Positions 9,853 to 19,273 of a stretch of DNA of 64,000 nt are shown one piece after another; the stretch's first letter is position 1; each line of letters starts with the position of its first letter. The position numbers were made by a program, and so were the translations under genes. The notes below the pieces were generated by a model. That model did no database searches. It was given only the letters and a program-made list of their open reading frames with translations, and was not told where the DNA came from. The stretch comes from an uncultured Nitrososphaerota archaeon (GTDB lineage Archaea; Thermoproteota; Nitrososphaeria; Nitrososphaerales; Gagatemarchaeaceae): contig CAVRAG010000008.1 of the NCBI GenBank assembly GCA_963718895.1, positions 288,001 through 352,000 on the forward strand, read 5' to 3'.

Positions 9853-10065
9853 CTATGGCTCGATTCCTTCGAGGCGCGTGTTTCGACGCCAAATCATCGC
9901 GATGGCGACCAAGACAATCACGGCTATGACGAGAGCCAACTCTATCCTGAACGATGTGGGAGAAGGTGAGATGATTATCGCATCTAGTAGGAGCAACAGC
10001 AGCCCGGAAACGGCCATGTTGCGCCTCCAGCCCTTAGGAGGTCGTCGAACCTTTGCAGCTGTCAA
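9853..10065 (-). CDS. Small two-TM membrane protein
   Basis: Two hydrophobic stretches with basic flanks. Confidence 0.45.
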   Translation of the reverse strand: MTAAKVRRPPKGWRRNMAVSGLLLLLLDAIIISPSPTSFRIELALVIAVIVLVAIAMIWRRNTRLEGIEP

Positions 10066-10156
10066 CGTCCTCTACCCGTTCGGTCCTCGTCTATAGGCAA
10101 TCCGATTGGTTCAGGGCGACCCCTCGAGGACATGGGGGGATCTCCCTCAGCCGGGC

Positions 10157-10400
10157 TCACGCCACGACTTTTCTGAACAGGCAGAGGGTCGCCCCCATCG
10201 TCAGGATGGCGATGAGAGCAATCACTCCGAGGGCCGAGATCTCAGCCCTCAGCGAGAAGTATCCGGGAATTGAAAGGTCTCTTACCCCGATTACGGCGCA
10301 GCTGATTGGGTTGACATTCGAGAACGTCTGCATCCAAGACGGCATGAAGCTCACGGGGACGAGCGCGGTGCTCATGAAGAGCAGCGGGAAGGTTACGAAG
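10157..10400 (-). pseudogene. C-terminal fragment of an ABC-2 type permease
   Basis: PLLFMSTALVP...MPSWMQ..S.VNPIS..V..R motif with no N-terminal part. Confidence 0.6.
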
Positions 10401-10437
10401 GCCCTGATTTCTCGGATGAAATCTCCGCCCTCGAGAC

Positions 10438-11580
10438 TTACCTTTCGTGGGGTTGCGGACCCTCGGAGTTAAGCCTTGAGCTCGGCTTCCTGTGGGTGTC
10501 CTTCCTCTGGGAGACGAGTCTCTTGGCCCATGTGTTGACCTGGTCGAAGGCGTCGGCTACCTCGTAGGAGAAGACGCTGTACGAGTACCGCTCCTTCGGC
10601 GAGATAACAAGCACGTCCACCTGGCACTTCCTCTTGGTGGACTTGGTCTCTCCGGTCTTTATTATCGCTCGCGCCTCGGAGATCTCCGGGAAGGACTTCC
10701 TGAGGAGCTGAACGGCGTCCTTGAATTTCCGGCTGACCGCCGCGGCCCTGAACGGGTCGTCGGGAAGCCCCACGATGAACATCGGGAGCTGCGGTCCACT
10801 GTTCCTCCTCTCGAGGATCTTCATGAAGTCCCGATATGTGATGATCCCCTGGACTTCCCCCGTGTTCATGACGAGGGAGTAGTTGACTCTGTCCTTCTTC
10901 ATCTTCAGGTAGACCTCCAGCAGCGAGTCCGTGATCTCGTTTGTCACAAGACTGCCCTCCCCATAGTTTCTCAGTGGTTCATCGAACCTGCCGGACTGCC
11001 TTCCCCCCTTGACCTCCCTATCCGCCTTCGGGGCCAGGTTGAAGACTATCGAATCCGAGGTGGCTATGCCGGCCAGTCTTCCACCGTCCAGGATGGGGAC
11101 CTGGTCGACCTTCTTCCTCCTCATCAACTCTCTGGCCGAAGCGAGGGTCGCGCTGGCCTCGATCGTCACCGGCTCCTTGGTCATTATCGACGAGAGCCTC
11201 ACAGCGGCGTCGGACTCGACCAGCTTCCCGACTATCGCCGGCGATGTGACCTGACCGACGAGCTTACCCCCCTGGTAGATGGGCATCGACCTCGTCCTGT
11301 ACTCGAGCATCAGGGAGGCGGCGTCGCTTACGGTGTTCTGCCTGCCGAGACGAGGCACTTGGTGCATCAGCTTCGATAGGCGCGTGTCGAGGCTTGAGAG
11401 GTCCAGCAGGTCTCGAACCGTGACGATGAACGTTCGTTCACCCTCCTCCACGACGGCCTCGTACGACCGCGTCTCGCGCATGAAGCCTATCACCTCCGAG
11501 ACGCGGTCGTTAGGCGAGAATGCCTTGACCGGTGTCTCGAATTCAGATATAGGTTGAGTCATCAAGTCTGAGAGTTTCAT
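10438..11580 (-). CDS. Four-CBS-domain protein with C-terminal HPF/RaiA-like domain (archaeal Hib/Dri-type ribosome hibernation factor candidate)
   Basis: Two CBS pairs, then ~100 aa beta-alpha-beta-beta-beta-alpha region ending YEVADAFDQV...KRLV with a basic tail. Confidence 0.7.
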   Translation of the reverse strand: MKLSDLMTQPISEFETPVKAFSPNDRVSEVIGFMRETRSYEAVVEEGERTFIVTVRDLLDLSSLDTRLSKLMHQVPRLGRQNTVSDAASLMLEYRTRSMPIYQGGKLVGQVTSPAIVGKLVESDAAVRLSSIMTKEPVTIEASATLASARELMRRKKVDQVPILDGGRLAGIATSDSIVFNLAPKADREVKGGRQSGRFDEPLRNYGEGSLVTNEITDSLLEVYLKMKKDRVNYSLVMNTGEVQGIITYRDFMKILERRNSGPQLPMFIVGLPDDPFRAAAVSRKFKDAVQLLRKSFPEISEARAIIKTGETKSTKRKCQVDVLVISPKERYSYSVFSYEVADAFDQVNTWAKRLVSQRKDTHRKPSSRLNSEGPQPHER

Positions 11581-11661
11581 GCTGTTGGCTCCGGCCCCCC
11601 AGTTGGGGCTTATGAATGTGCTAGGTAGATTTCTAGAATCCCCCGAGTTGCTCGGCGGCGA

Positions 11662-12060
11662 CTAGGGGCCTTGCCAGAGCATGAGGAGGTTCCCCTCTGA
11701 GTCTTTGAAGAACGCAGCGGCGCCGCCCATGTCATAGGCGATCGGGCCTTCGACCTTCGTGGTGGTCTCGCTCTTCTCTGCCCGCTGGAATCTGACACGT
11801 CTGGACCTGAGGTCGGCGACCGCCGCTTTGATGTCCTTGACGGCGAAGACAGAGTAGGCGAGGGTCCGCTTCTCCCTCTCGGAAGGTGATACCAGCCAGA
11901 ACTCCGATTTGCTGACCTTGACCGAGGCCCAAAAGTCCTTCATCTTTCCTTCGCCCCGAAAGAGCAGCTTCCCGCCGAGAGTCTCAGTGTAGAACTTCAC
12001 GGCGCGATCCATGTTGCGGACCGAGACGAGCGTCGCATGGGTGCTTGTATCTGACAGCAT
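11662..12060 (-). CDS. VOC/glyoxalase family protein
   Basis: VSVRNMDRAVKFYTETLG...FFKDSEGNLL. Confidence 0.9.
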   Translation of the reverse strand: MLSDTSTHATLVSVRNMDRAVKFYTETLGGKLLFRGEGKMKDFWASVKVSKSEFWLVSPSEREKRTLAYSVFAVKDIKAAVADLRSRRVRFQRAEKSETTTKVEGPIAYDMGGAAAFFKDSEGNLLMLWQGP

Positions 12061-12124
12061 GACACCGAAATGGAGCAGGCTGCGTATTTAAGATTCGACA
12101 TAGGACGGAAGCAGGCCCGCGCAG

Positions 12125-12619
12125 ATGGGGATCCTCTTCTTTACGAATCTCGGCTCAATAAGGATAATAGAGGCGAATTCGCGCTCACGCATCGTAATGG
12201 AAAACAAGATCGTCCAGATAGTCCCTGCGGACGTCTCAGAATTTGCCAGGGAGGTCGACTCATCGCTCAGCCGGTCGGTGACCGGAGATAGCGTCAATCT
12301 AGGCCAGTTTGGAGGCGCAACAATCGCGGCAGGCCAGGAGATGGCGAGGAAGAGGATGCAGACAGTCTCGATACAGTCGTGCGACGTGATATTCAGGGCC
12401 GGGGGAATCGAGTACGATGAATGGGCGACAGCCCTCCTGTTCATGGCGCGCAGCGCCGAGTTCTTGAGACGGAAGGCCCGCGACGGCCAGTGTTACAATC
12501 ATGAACAGCCGTGCATGACCGCACGCGAAGAGGAAGTAGGAGTATACAGGGCGTGCCTCGATTCGTTCCAGACCCTCCTGAACGAGCTGAAGTCGAAGGA
12601 CATCAATGACCCAGACTAA
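12125..12619 (+). CDS. Hypothetical protein
   Basis: TATA-like TATTTAAG about 35 nt upstream; overlaps next gene. Confidence 0.55.
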   Translation: MGILFFTNLGSIRIIEANSRSRIVMENKIVQIVPADVSEFAREVDSSLSRSVTGDSVNLGQFGGATIAAGQEMARKRMQTVSIQSCDVIFRAGGIEYDEWATALLFMARSAEFLRRKARDGQCYNHEQPCMTAREEEVGVYRACLDSFQTLLNELKSKDINDPD

Positions 12620-13265
12620 GGATACATCAGAAGCAGCGCCGAAGACCGGGACGACGGCCCAGCTACGGTGCTACTATCATCCAGCTCACAGAGCGGTCGG
12701 GGTCTGTTCGGTCTGCAAACGAGGTGTTTGCAATTCCTGCCAGGTGATATTCAGGGGCAGACGCTTCTGTAAGGACGATGCAGCCCTGCTGCGAGGGAAG
12801 GAGCAACGTACATCCAAGACGCAGCTCAGAAGGAATGAGATCACCCTGGGAGCGATCTTCGCCTTCTTGGATGGTGTTGCGGGAGCGGTCGTGGGGTTCC
12901 TCCTGGTCATCATAGGTCTTATCGGGCCTCAGGCCCAGACTTCCTACTCGTTCACGTCCACCCTCCAGCCCTTCTTCACGTACTTCGCGAACGTGTTGGA
13001 TTTTCCGGCAACCCAAGCCCTGGAAGTCGGATTGTTCATCTTCTGCCTGGGATTGCTGGACATATTCGCGGGGGTCGGCATGCTGAGGCGATCGCGCGTG
13101 GCAGGCATACTGGCTATCGGAATCAGCATCCTCGGAGGAGTGGCTGTCGGTTCTTACCTCGTCATTCTAGCACTCGCGGGATTCTTCACGTACGTCTATC
13201 TCGTCTCCGCAGTGGCCAAGATAGTCCTGATCGGGCTGGGAAGGAAGTACCTCGACGAGAGGTAG
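12606..13265 (+). CDS. B-box-like zinc finger plus four-TM membrane protein
   Basis: CYYHP..AVGVCSVCKRGVCNSC...FC followed by hydrophobic helices. Confidence 0.75.
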   Translation: MTQTKDTSEAAPKTGTTAQLRCYYHPAHRAVGVCSVCKRGVCNSCQVIFRGRRFCKDDAALLRGKEQRTSKTQLRRNEITLGAIFAFLDGVAGAVVGFLLVIIGLIGPQAQTSYSFTSTLQPFFTYFANVLDFPATQALEVGLFIFCLGLLDIFAGVGMLRRSRVAGILAIGISILGGVAVGSYLVILALAGFFTYVYLVSAVAKIVLIGLGRKYLDER

Positions 13266-13370
13266 CGGGAGGAACTTCATGGGATCAGCGAGGCCCTGAC
13301 TGTCGCCGCCCGAAGGAGCCGCGGCTCTCCCAATCGCGCCTCCGGGGTTGGGGGGTTGCTCGGCCTGGTG

Positions 13371-14187
13371 CTAGTCCCGAATTCCGAGCTCATTCATCAT
13401 TCGTGAGGTCTGAGTGTATGCTTCGGTCACCCATTCGCGGATCTTTCGGGGGTCATCGGGCCACTGCAGCTCGATGCTCACCGGGCACACCACACCGGTC
13501 TCTTTGAGAGAGACCAGGTAGTCCTTCAGGGGGACGACACCCCTGCCCGGCGGAAGGTCCCCATGGACCTTGCCATCGCAGTCAGAAAAGTGTACGTTGA
13601 TCACTTTCCCGCGGAGTCGCTCCAGGGACCGCGGGGCGTCGCCCATCAGATAGAGGTGGGAGATGTCGGCGTTCGCCTTGACCGAGGGGTGGTCGACCTC
13701 GCCGATGAACCTGCACATCTCGGCCACCGAGTTCAGGAGGTATAGCCTGTAGGGGACGTACTCGAGAGCAATCTCTATCCCGAGCGACCTGCAGTAGTCG
13801 GCGATCTCTCTGACCCCGGCCAGAGCCCAGTTCCACTGGAGTTCGGGCTTGAACTCGCGCTGCTCGTACGAGTAGCTGCCAAGGACGAGCACCATGGTGG
13901 GCGGAATCCAGACCATGGCCGAGGTCCGCCTGCTCCTTTACGTATTGGACGCTGAACCTACGCATCTCGGGGACGAAGTCTGTGAGACCATTCGCGGCTA
14001 CGATGAACGAGGAGCACGGTAGCCCGCAGTCCCGAAGAGCCTTCCGCTCGGCCTCCCTTGTCGTTGCGAGAGTGTCGAGAAGGAAGACGTCGTAGGAATC
14101 GAAACCGATCTCCTTCGCCATCCTGATGCCGGCGACAGGGTCGACGGGAGAGTTCCACCAGCAGTTCTCGACCAGCCCGAGTTTCAA
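13371..14187 (-). CDS. Sugar phosphate isomerase/epimerase (xylose isomerase-like TIM barrel), one frameshift near 13910
   Basis: IALE...DISHL...VHFSD..GKVHGDLPPGRG...SIE metal motifs across two overlapping frames. Confidence 0.8.
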
Positions 14188-14355
14188 GGGAGGATCACCT
14201 GCTCTTCTACCGACCGGGAGATTTCACTGGACGCCATAAGTAGCTTGCGGGGTGGGTCCCGTCCAGAATTTCAGGTCTCTTTCAGGCGGCATCCGGCTGA
14301 CCTCTTAGTCGGCGAGAGAAGCGGCCTTATTACACAGCCCGCGCAAACCGCGGCG

Positions 14356-15129
14356 ATGAGATGTCCTAGGTGCGGACAGGACATACTTGACCCCGACCCC
14401 AGCTTCTGCCCGAAGTGTGGATATGAGATAGCCGCACGAAGCACAATGCAGCAAGCGCCGATCGCAGCGGCACATACCCCTCCATCACCGACCGGGGAAC
14501 CTCCTGTCTCTTCCCCCCACCCCCCGACCGGCGCGGGCACAATCGGTGCGAAGTACTATCTCCTACCACTCCTGGCGATAGTCGGGGGTTTCATAGGGTA
14601 CCGCGCAGTCAAGAGGCGCAATCCGCGCGTCGGGGCGACCATCTTCACGATAGGCCTGCTCGTTTCGCTGGTGTACGTTGGTGCAGGGTTCGAGCTTTAC
14701 TCCCACTTCTCCGCTCCCACAGGAGTCTACGGCATGGCGATTACCGGTGTCAACTTTCCCAACTCGTCCACGGTCGTCGTTACGGTCGCCAACCAGGGGA
14801 CGCTTGGGGATGGCCTGGAATCGGTGGCCATCAACAACGGCACGCTCTGGCTGGTGTACGGCTTGCTAAACGCTAGCAGCCCACAGGCATCGACCGAACT
14901 TCAGACAGGCAGCTTGGTATTCGGTCTCTACGGCTACATCTTCGCAAACGGCACCGACCAGGCCGCCGGGACCGGGGGATCTGGCACGGTTGGCACCGAG
15001 AGTTTCCCGCCCGGGCACGCAGACACCATCACGATACCGTACGCCTGGATCCCTCTCACTTCCTACAGGATCTTCATCGCCACAACCAGCACTCACTCAG
15101 ATGAGCTATCCGTAGTGAGCCCTGCATAG
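14356..15129 (+). CDS. Zinc-ribbon membrane protein with extracellular Ig/flagellin-like C-terminal domain
   Basis: MRCPRCG...FCPKCG, Pro-rich linker, two TMs, beta-rich tail. Confidence 0.7.
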   Translation: MRCPRCGQDILDPDPSFCPKCGYEIAARSTMQQAPIAAAHTPPSPTGEPPVSSPHPPTGAGTIGAKYYLLPLLAIVGGFIGYRAVKRRNPRVGATIFTIGLLVSLVYVGAGFELYSHFSAPTGVYGMAITGVNFPNSSTVVVTVANQGTLGDGLESVAINNGTLWLVYGLLNASSPQASTELQTGSLVFGLYGYIFANGTDQAAGTGGSGTVGTESFPPGHADTITIPYAWIPLTSYRIFIATTSTHSDELSVVSPA

Positions 15130-15257
15130 ACCACGGACGCTCTGGCTGAGGCACCCGGACCAGGCTGGAGGCCTCAACCTATGACCATGGCCTGAAGGCG
15201 AGTCTTGGCTTCAGAGGCAGGGCCGACGGAGAGCCCGCCCCAAACGCGAGGTACAGC

Positions 15258-15401
15258 CTAGACTTTCTTCCTGAGCTTCTTAGCGTCGGCCTTCAGTGCA
15301 CTTCCACCTCTCTTGATCTCCTTTCCGGCCTCTATGCCGACCTTGGAGAGATCCGCCTCGGTCTTCTTTACTGCCTTTGTTACCTTGCTCTTGGCTGACA
15401 T
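15258..15401 (-). CDS. 47-aa Lys/Ala-rich amphipathic microprotein
   Basis: MSAKSKVTKAVKKTEADLSKVG...KKLRKKV; host-like codons. Confidence 0.5.
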   Translation of the reverse strand: MSAKSKVTKAVKKTEADLSKVGIEAGKEIKRGGSALKADAKKLRKKV

Positions 15402-15526
15402 CTTATCGCCCCAAGACATGAAGTCCGAGATAGAAAAACTAGCCCATTCGGCCATCGGAAGGAGGAGCATGGTTGCTCCTGCGGGGCATTCGGAGGGGAA
15501 GGGGTCTGAAGTAAGAGGAGGCGGTC

Positions 15527-15700
15527 CTAGAAGAGATCGAACCCGCGGGGTTCGAGCTTGCTCTTGCAGATCGGACATCGGTAGCCCAGCTCCTTCGCAC
15601 AGATGTCGCAGAAGTGGAGCCTGCAAGTCCTGCATTGGAGATTGAGAATCTCGACGTCGTGGCATTCCGCGCACGTAGCGGGGACAGCTACAAATCCCAT
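15527..15700 (-). CDS. 57-aa RING-like zinc-finger microprotein (absent from ORF track)
   Basis: MGFVAVPATCAECHDVEILNLQCRTCRLHFCDICAKELGYRCPICKSKLEPRGFDLF read by hand. Confidence 0.7.
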   Translation of the reverse strand: MGFVAVPATCAECHDVEILNLQCRTCRLHFCDICAKELGYRCPICKSKLEPRGFDLF

Positions 15701-15860
15701 TCACAGGTCGCCTCGATTGAACGCCAGATGGAAAGAGTGCATGGACTCGCTGCCTCACGGACGTGCGCTCCGGGGGGGCTATCAAGCTTGCGGGCAGGCA
15801 CGATCATCGAAGATAAGCATCAGGTGGTCCGATCGAAAAGACAGGACTACTGGATCTCGC

Positions 15861-16319
15861 TCAGCCTAGCTTGGAACAGGCCGACCGGGGGGTCGCATCT
15901 TCTTCTTTGTCCGAGTAGCTCCCGTTCATCCACAAGAGGTGAAACTTCTCCGCGACGTCGGGGTTTAGTCTGGCGTTGGCGGACATGACTTCAAGGTTTG
16001 AGGATATCTGCACGCACTTGAATGAGCTCCTGTAGACGGCGAATCTCTTCCCTTCACCAGTGACAACTATCCGCTCTACCATGAGAAGGCCGTTGCGAGA
16101 AAGTTCGCTGGTTCTCCTGTAGCACGTGCTCAGGGGGACGGCCTGTTCAAGGCTTATCTCTTGCACGGTCTTGCCTTCCTTCACGGTCGAGGAGACGATC
16201 CTTCTCGAGAACTCGTCGGCCAGAGCCGTCAGGATGCTTCTTGCCAGCGCTCCGTTCAGGACTATCATTTCTCCGACGTTGTCGTTTTCCTTGTGCTCGA
16301 GCCTTATTGTCGTCGCCAT
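15861..16319 (-). CDS. ArsR-like winged-helix regulator (thaumarchaeal type)
   Basis: ILTALADEFSRRI...KTVQEIS....PLSTCYRR...L...GLL.VERIVVTGEGKR...YRS. Confidence 0.8.
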   Translation of the reverse strand: MATTIRLEHKENDNVGEMIVLNGALARSILTALADEFSRRIVSSTVKEGKTVQEISLEQAVPLSTCYRRTSELSRNGLLMVERIVVTGEGKRFAVYRSSFKCVQISSNLEVMSANARLNPDVAEKFHLLWMNGSYSDKEEDATPRSACSKLG

Positions 16320-16517
16320 CTGCCGTCGCACGGGAGAGGTTGAGCACGATATTTGACCGGGCCGTATTGGTTGCAACGACCTCGACGCAAATGCGGCGAA
16401 TTGCAATTCCGGCGACCACATATTGCAGGATTCGCGGGAGAAGGCATCTACGTTGGCCGATGGGTGAAAGGAATATATCGCATTACTTTCTCGACTTTAT
16501 GCCGAGGTCCTGCGAGT

Positions 16518-17039
16518 CTGAAAGAGAGAACGGTGACGATTTCCTTCCGGATCAGCGAGACCGCCTTCAAAGCGCTCCAGGAGGACTCAAAGAGGCACAA
16601 CGTCAGCATCAACACGCTCGCAAACCAGCTCTTCGTCACCTACGCCGAGTACGACAGGTATCTTTCGAAGTTCCACATGATCAAGCTCTCTGCCTCGACA
16701 TTCAAGCGGATACTCAACGCGGCGAGCGAGGAAGAGATCGCAGAGGCGGGCTCGACCGCAGGGACCAGCGTCCCCGTGTCCTTCATCCTGGCCCAGAAGG
16801 GTGACTTCACCTTCGAGAACGCCGTGGAGTATCTCAGGACGATGGGAACCCACGCCAACCTCTTCGACTTCACGGAGTCCATTGGGAACTCGAGCACCAT
16901 AAGCAACATCACTCTCACGCACGATCTTGGTCTGCGCGGCAGCGAATTCCTTGCAAATTATGTAGAATCGATGTTCAAGCCGCTTGGGAAGGAGTTCAAG
17001 ATAGTCAAGTATCCGGATGCCATCACGATAAAGTTCTAG
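16518..17039 (+). CDS. Ribbon-helix-helix regulator with C-terminal V4R-like domain (copy 1); start uncertain
   Basis: TISFRISE...LQEDSK..NVSINTL.NQ; paralog of 61622..62140. Confidence 0.75.
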   Translation: MKERTVTISFRISETAFKALQEDSKRHNVSINTLANQLFVTYAEYDRYLSKFHMIKLSASTFKRILNAASEEEIAEAGSTAGTSVPVSFILAQKGDFTFENAVEYLRTMGTHANLFDFTESIGNSSTISNITLTHDLGLRGSEFLANYVESMFKPLGKEFKIVKYPDAITIKF

Positions 17040-17128
17040 TCCTGAGATTTTGCGCCCGAACTATGCAATCAATCGCAATTAGTACATCCTGATGATATAC
17101 GGAAGGAATCCTGTTTGCCCGAAGGAGC

Positions 17129-17344
17129 TTGACGGAAGCCTCCCAGTCCACGCTAACGGTCACCCTGCGCACCATAGATGATTTCGAGAAGACCAGGAGG
17201 AGAATCCTGCGGATCAAGGGGGTGAGGACGGCAGACCTGAACTACATATCCCAGAAGCTACGCGTTCGATATGGCGGGGACGCTGAGAGCAGCGTGAAGG
17301 TCCTGGCGGCGATAAAAGAGGCAATCGCGCCCCACGTCGGCTGA
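17129..17344 (+). CDS. HMA-like ferredoxin-fold protein lacking CxxC
   Basis: ILRIKGVRTADLNY...LRVRY; paralogous context to 62247..62492. Confidence 0.55.
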   Translation: MTEASQSTLTVTLRTIDDFEKTRRRILRIKGVRTADLNYISQKLRVRYGGDAESSVKVLAAIKEAIAPHVG

Positions 17345-17658
17345 GCAGGTATCCGAGACCGGACCGAACCGGTTCCATGCCAGGCCATGAGACGATAACT
17401 TGGAGCCGAGAGTGTCTGAGCATGAGTGACCCGACTCCAGTTGACGTGGGGGGGGCCGCAGAGGACACGGAGTCGCGTCCTCCAACGGCGAGGTCCAGCT
17501 GGGCTCGTTGATTAGGCGGGCGCCGTCTCGGCGGGTGCCGATGGACTCGTTCACGGTACTCGAACAATCCCGACGCTCGTTGCGCCTCGAGGCGAATTGG
17601 CCAAGTTGGCGCCCGTTCGTCACAGTGGAGGGTCGGGGAGCTTCTTCAATCCTCGGGC

Positions 17659-19080
17659 CTAGATTGACGGCCTGATATTCTGATTGAAACGGAACATGTT
17701 GGCCGGGTCGTACCTGTTCTTCAGGGATGTCAACCTCTTGAACTTCTCTTCCCCGTACGCCGCCTTCACTCCCCCCTCACCCTCCTCGCCCATGAAATTC
17801 ACGTACCTTCCAATCGCGAACTTGTCCAACGCCGCAAAGCAAGCCCTCGTCCACTCCATGTGTCTCTGGTTCTCTCTTGAATCGGTCCAGGTGGAAACGA
17901 TGTTGACGATGAACGGGCGCGTCGCGATGGTTGTACGACGTGGAGAGGTCCACGGGCGTCTTCGAGGCGCCACCCAGCTGGTGGATGTGTATCGCGGACA
18001 ACGGCGAAGTGATCTTCTCAGCTTGCTCCAAGAGGGTATCAATCGCCGAGTCAGAGAGCCCACCAATGTAGCATGACTTCCAGTAGTTCATGACGCCCGC
18101 CGGAGCGGACTCGTCGAACAACGATTGAAGAGCCAGATAGGGCATGGGGTGCATGAGGTCGGCTACTGGCTTGCCGAACTTCCGGAGCGGACTCAGCACC
18201 ACCTCCCCTTCCTCGATCGCTCCCGCGTAGCAGACCGCGATCGCCACAACCTTCTTGCCATGTATCTCGCCTGGCAGGAAGGGCGCGGGCGGTGCAGTCA
18301 GGAAGACGGCCAAAGTGGTGAGCTCGTTAGGGACGTCCTTGACGAACTCTCTGTGGAACCTGAGAAGGGCCGGTGCGTCTTCGGCTCTATAAACGAGCAT
18401 GCCCCCGAGCACGATAGTGCCTACCTCGTGGAGTTGGTACTCGAACGAGGTCACGACTCCGAAGTTGCCGCCTCCCCCTCGTACCCCCCAGAAGAGGTCC
18501 GGATTCTCGCTGTTGCTCGTCATGAGGAGCTCGCCATCGGCGGTGACTATGTCGGCGGATACTAGACTGTCGAGGGCAAGCCCGTGCTTCCGCACGAGCC
18601 ATCCGATTCCTCCCCCCAGCGTGAACCCGGCGATCCCTGTGGTCGAGACAAGACCACCCGTCGTCGCAAGACCAAAGGTCTGCGTCTCGCGGTCGAATTC
18701 GCCCCAGGTCACCCCGGGCTCCGCCCTGACCCTGTTCCTGTTCGGGTAGACCCTTATCCCCCTCATCAGAGAAAGGTCGAGCATCAAGCCATCGTCGCAC
18801 ACAGCAGACCCCGCGATGCCATGGCCCCCTCCGCGTACGGAGACCGGTAAACCGTGCCCGCGGGCAAAGTTTACCGCGGTCATTACGTCGCGCGCGCGCC
18901 CAACGCCCTCACTATCAGGGCGGGACGTCTGTCTATCATCCCGTTCCAGACCTTCCTCACCCTGTCATAGGATTCGTCCCCCGGGGATATCACATTCCCC
19001 CTCACGTCGCTCCTCAACTCCCGAACTGCGGATTCCTGGATCAACACGGGGCGCTGCGCTCTTTCGGTCACATGACTCAC
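17659..19080 (-). CDS. FAD-binding oxidoreductase (berberine-bridge/VAO family), two frameshifts
   Basis: [47 protein letters not shown]...[15 protein letters not shown] over three frames. Confidence 0.85.
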
Positions 19081-19234
19081 ACGGGTGCGACCCGCCTTGA
19101 TATTTAGGCGCTACTCCCGTCAAGGAGGCTCATCAAGACCAGTGGCGCGCGATTAGACGTCGACGGTCGCTTCTGAATCAGGAACTCGCAGTGGAGGCAT
19201 CAGGGAATCGGATTCTGAGATAAGGAAGAGGGGG

Positions 19235-19258
19235 GAAACCTCCCCGAAGGGAGGTTTC
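19235..19258 (-). terminator. 10-bp stem with UUCG tetraloop after flavoprotein gene
   Basis: Minus strand GAAACCTCCC-TTCG-GGGAGGTTTC, then CCCCCTCTTCCTT. Confidence 0.6.
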
Positions 19259-19273
19259 AGGTCTGGCCCGGGT

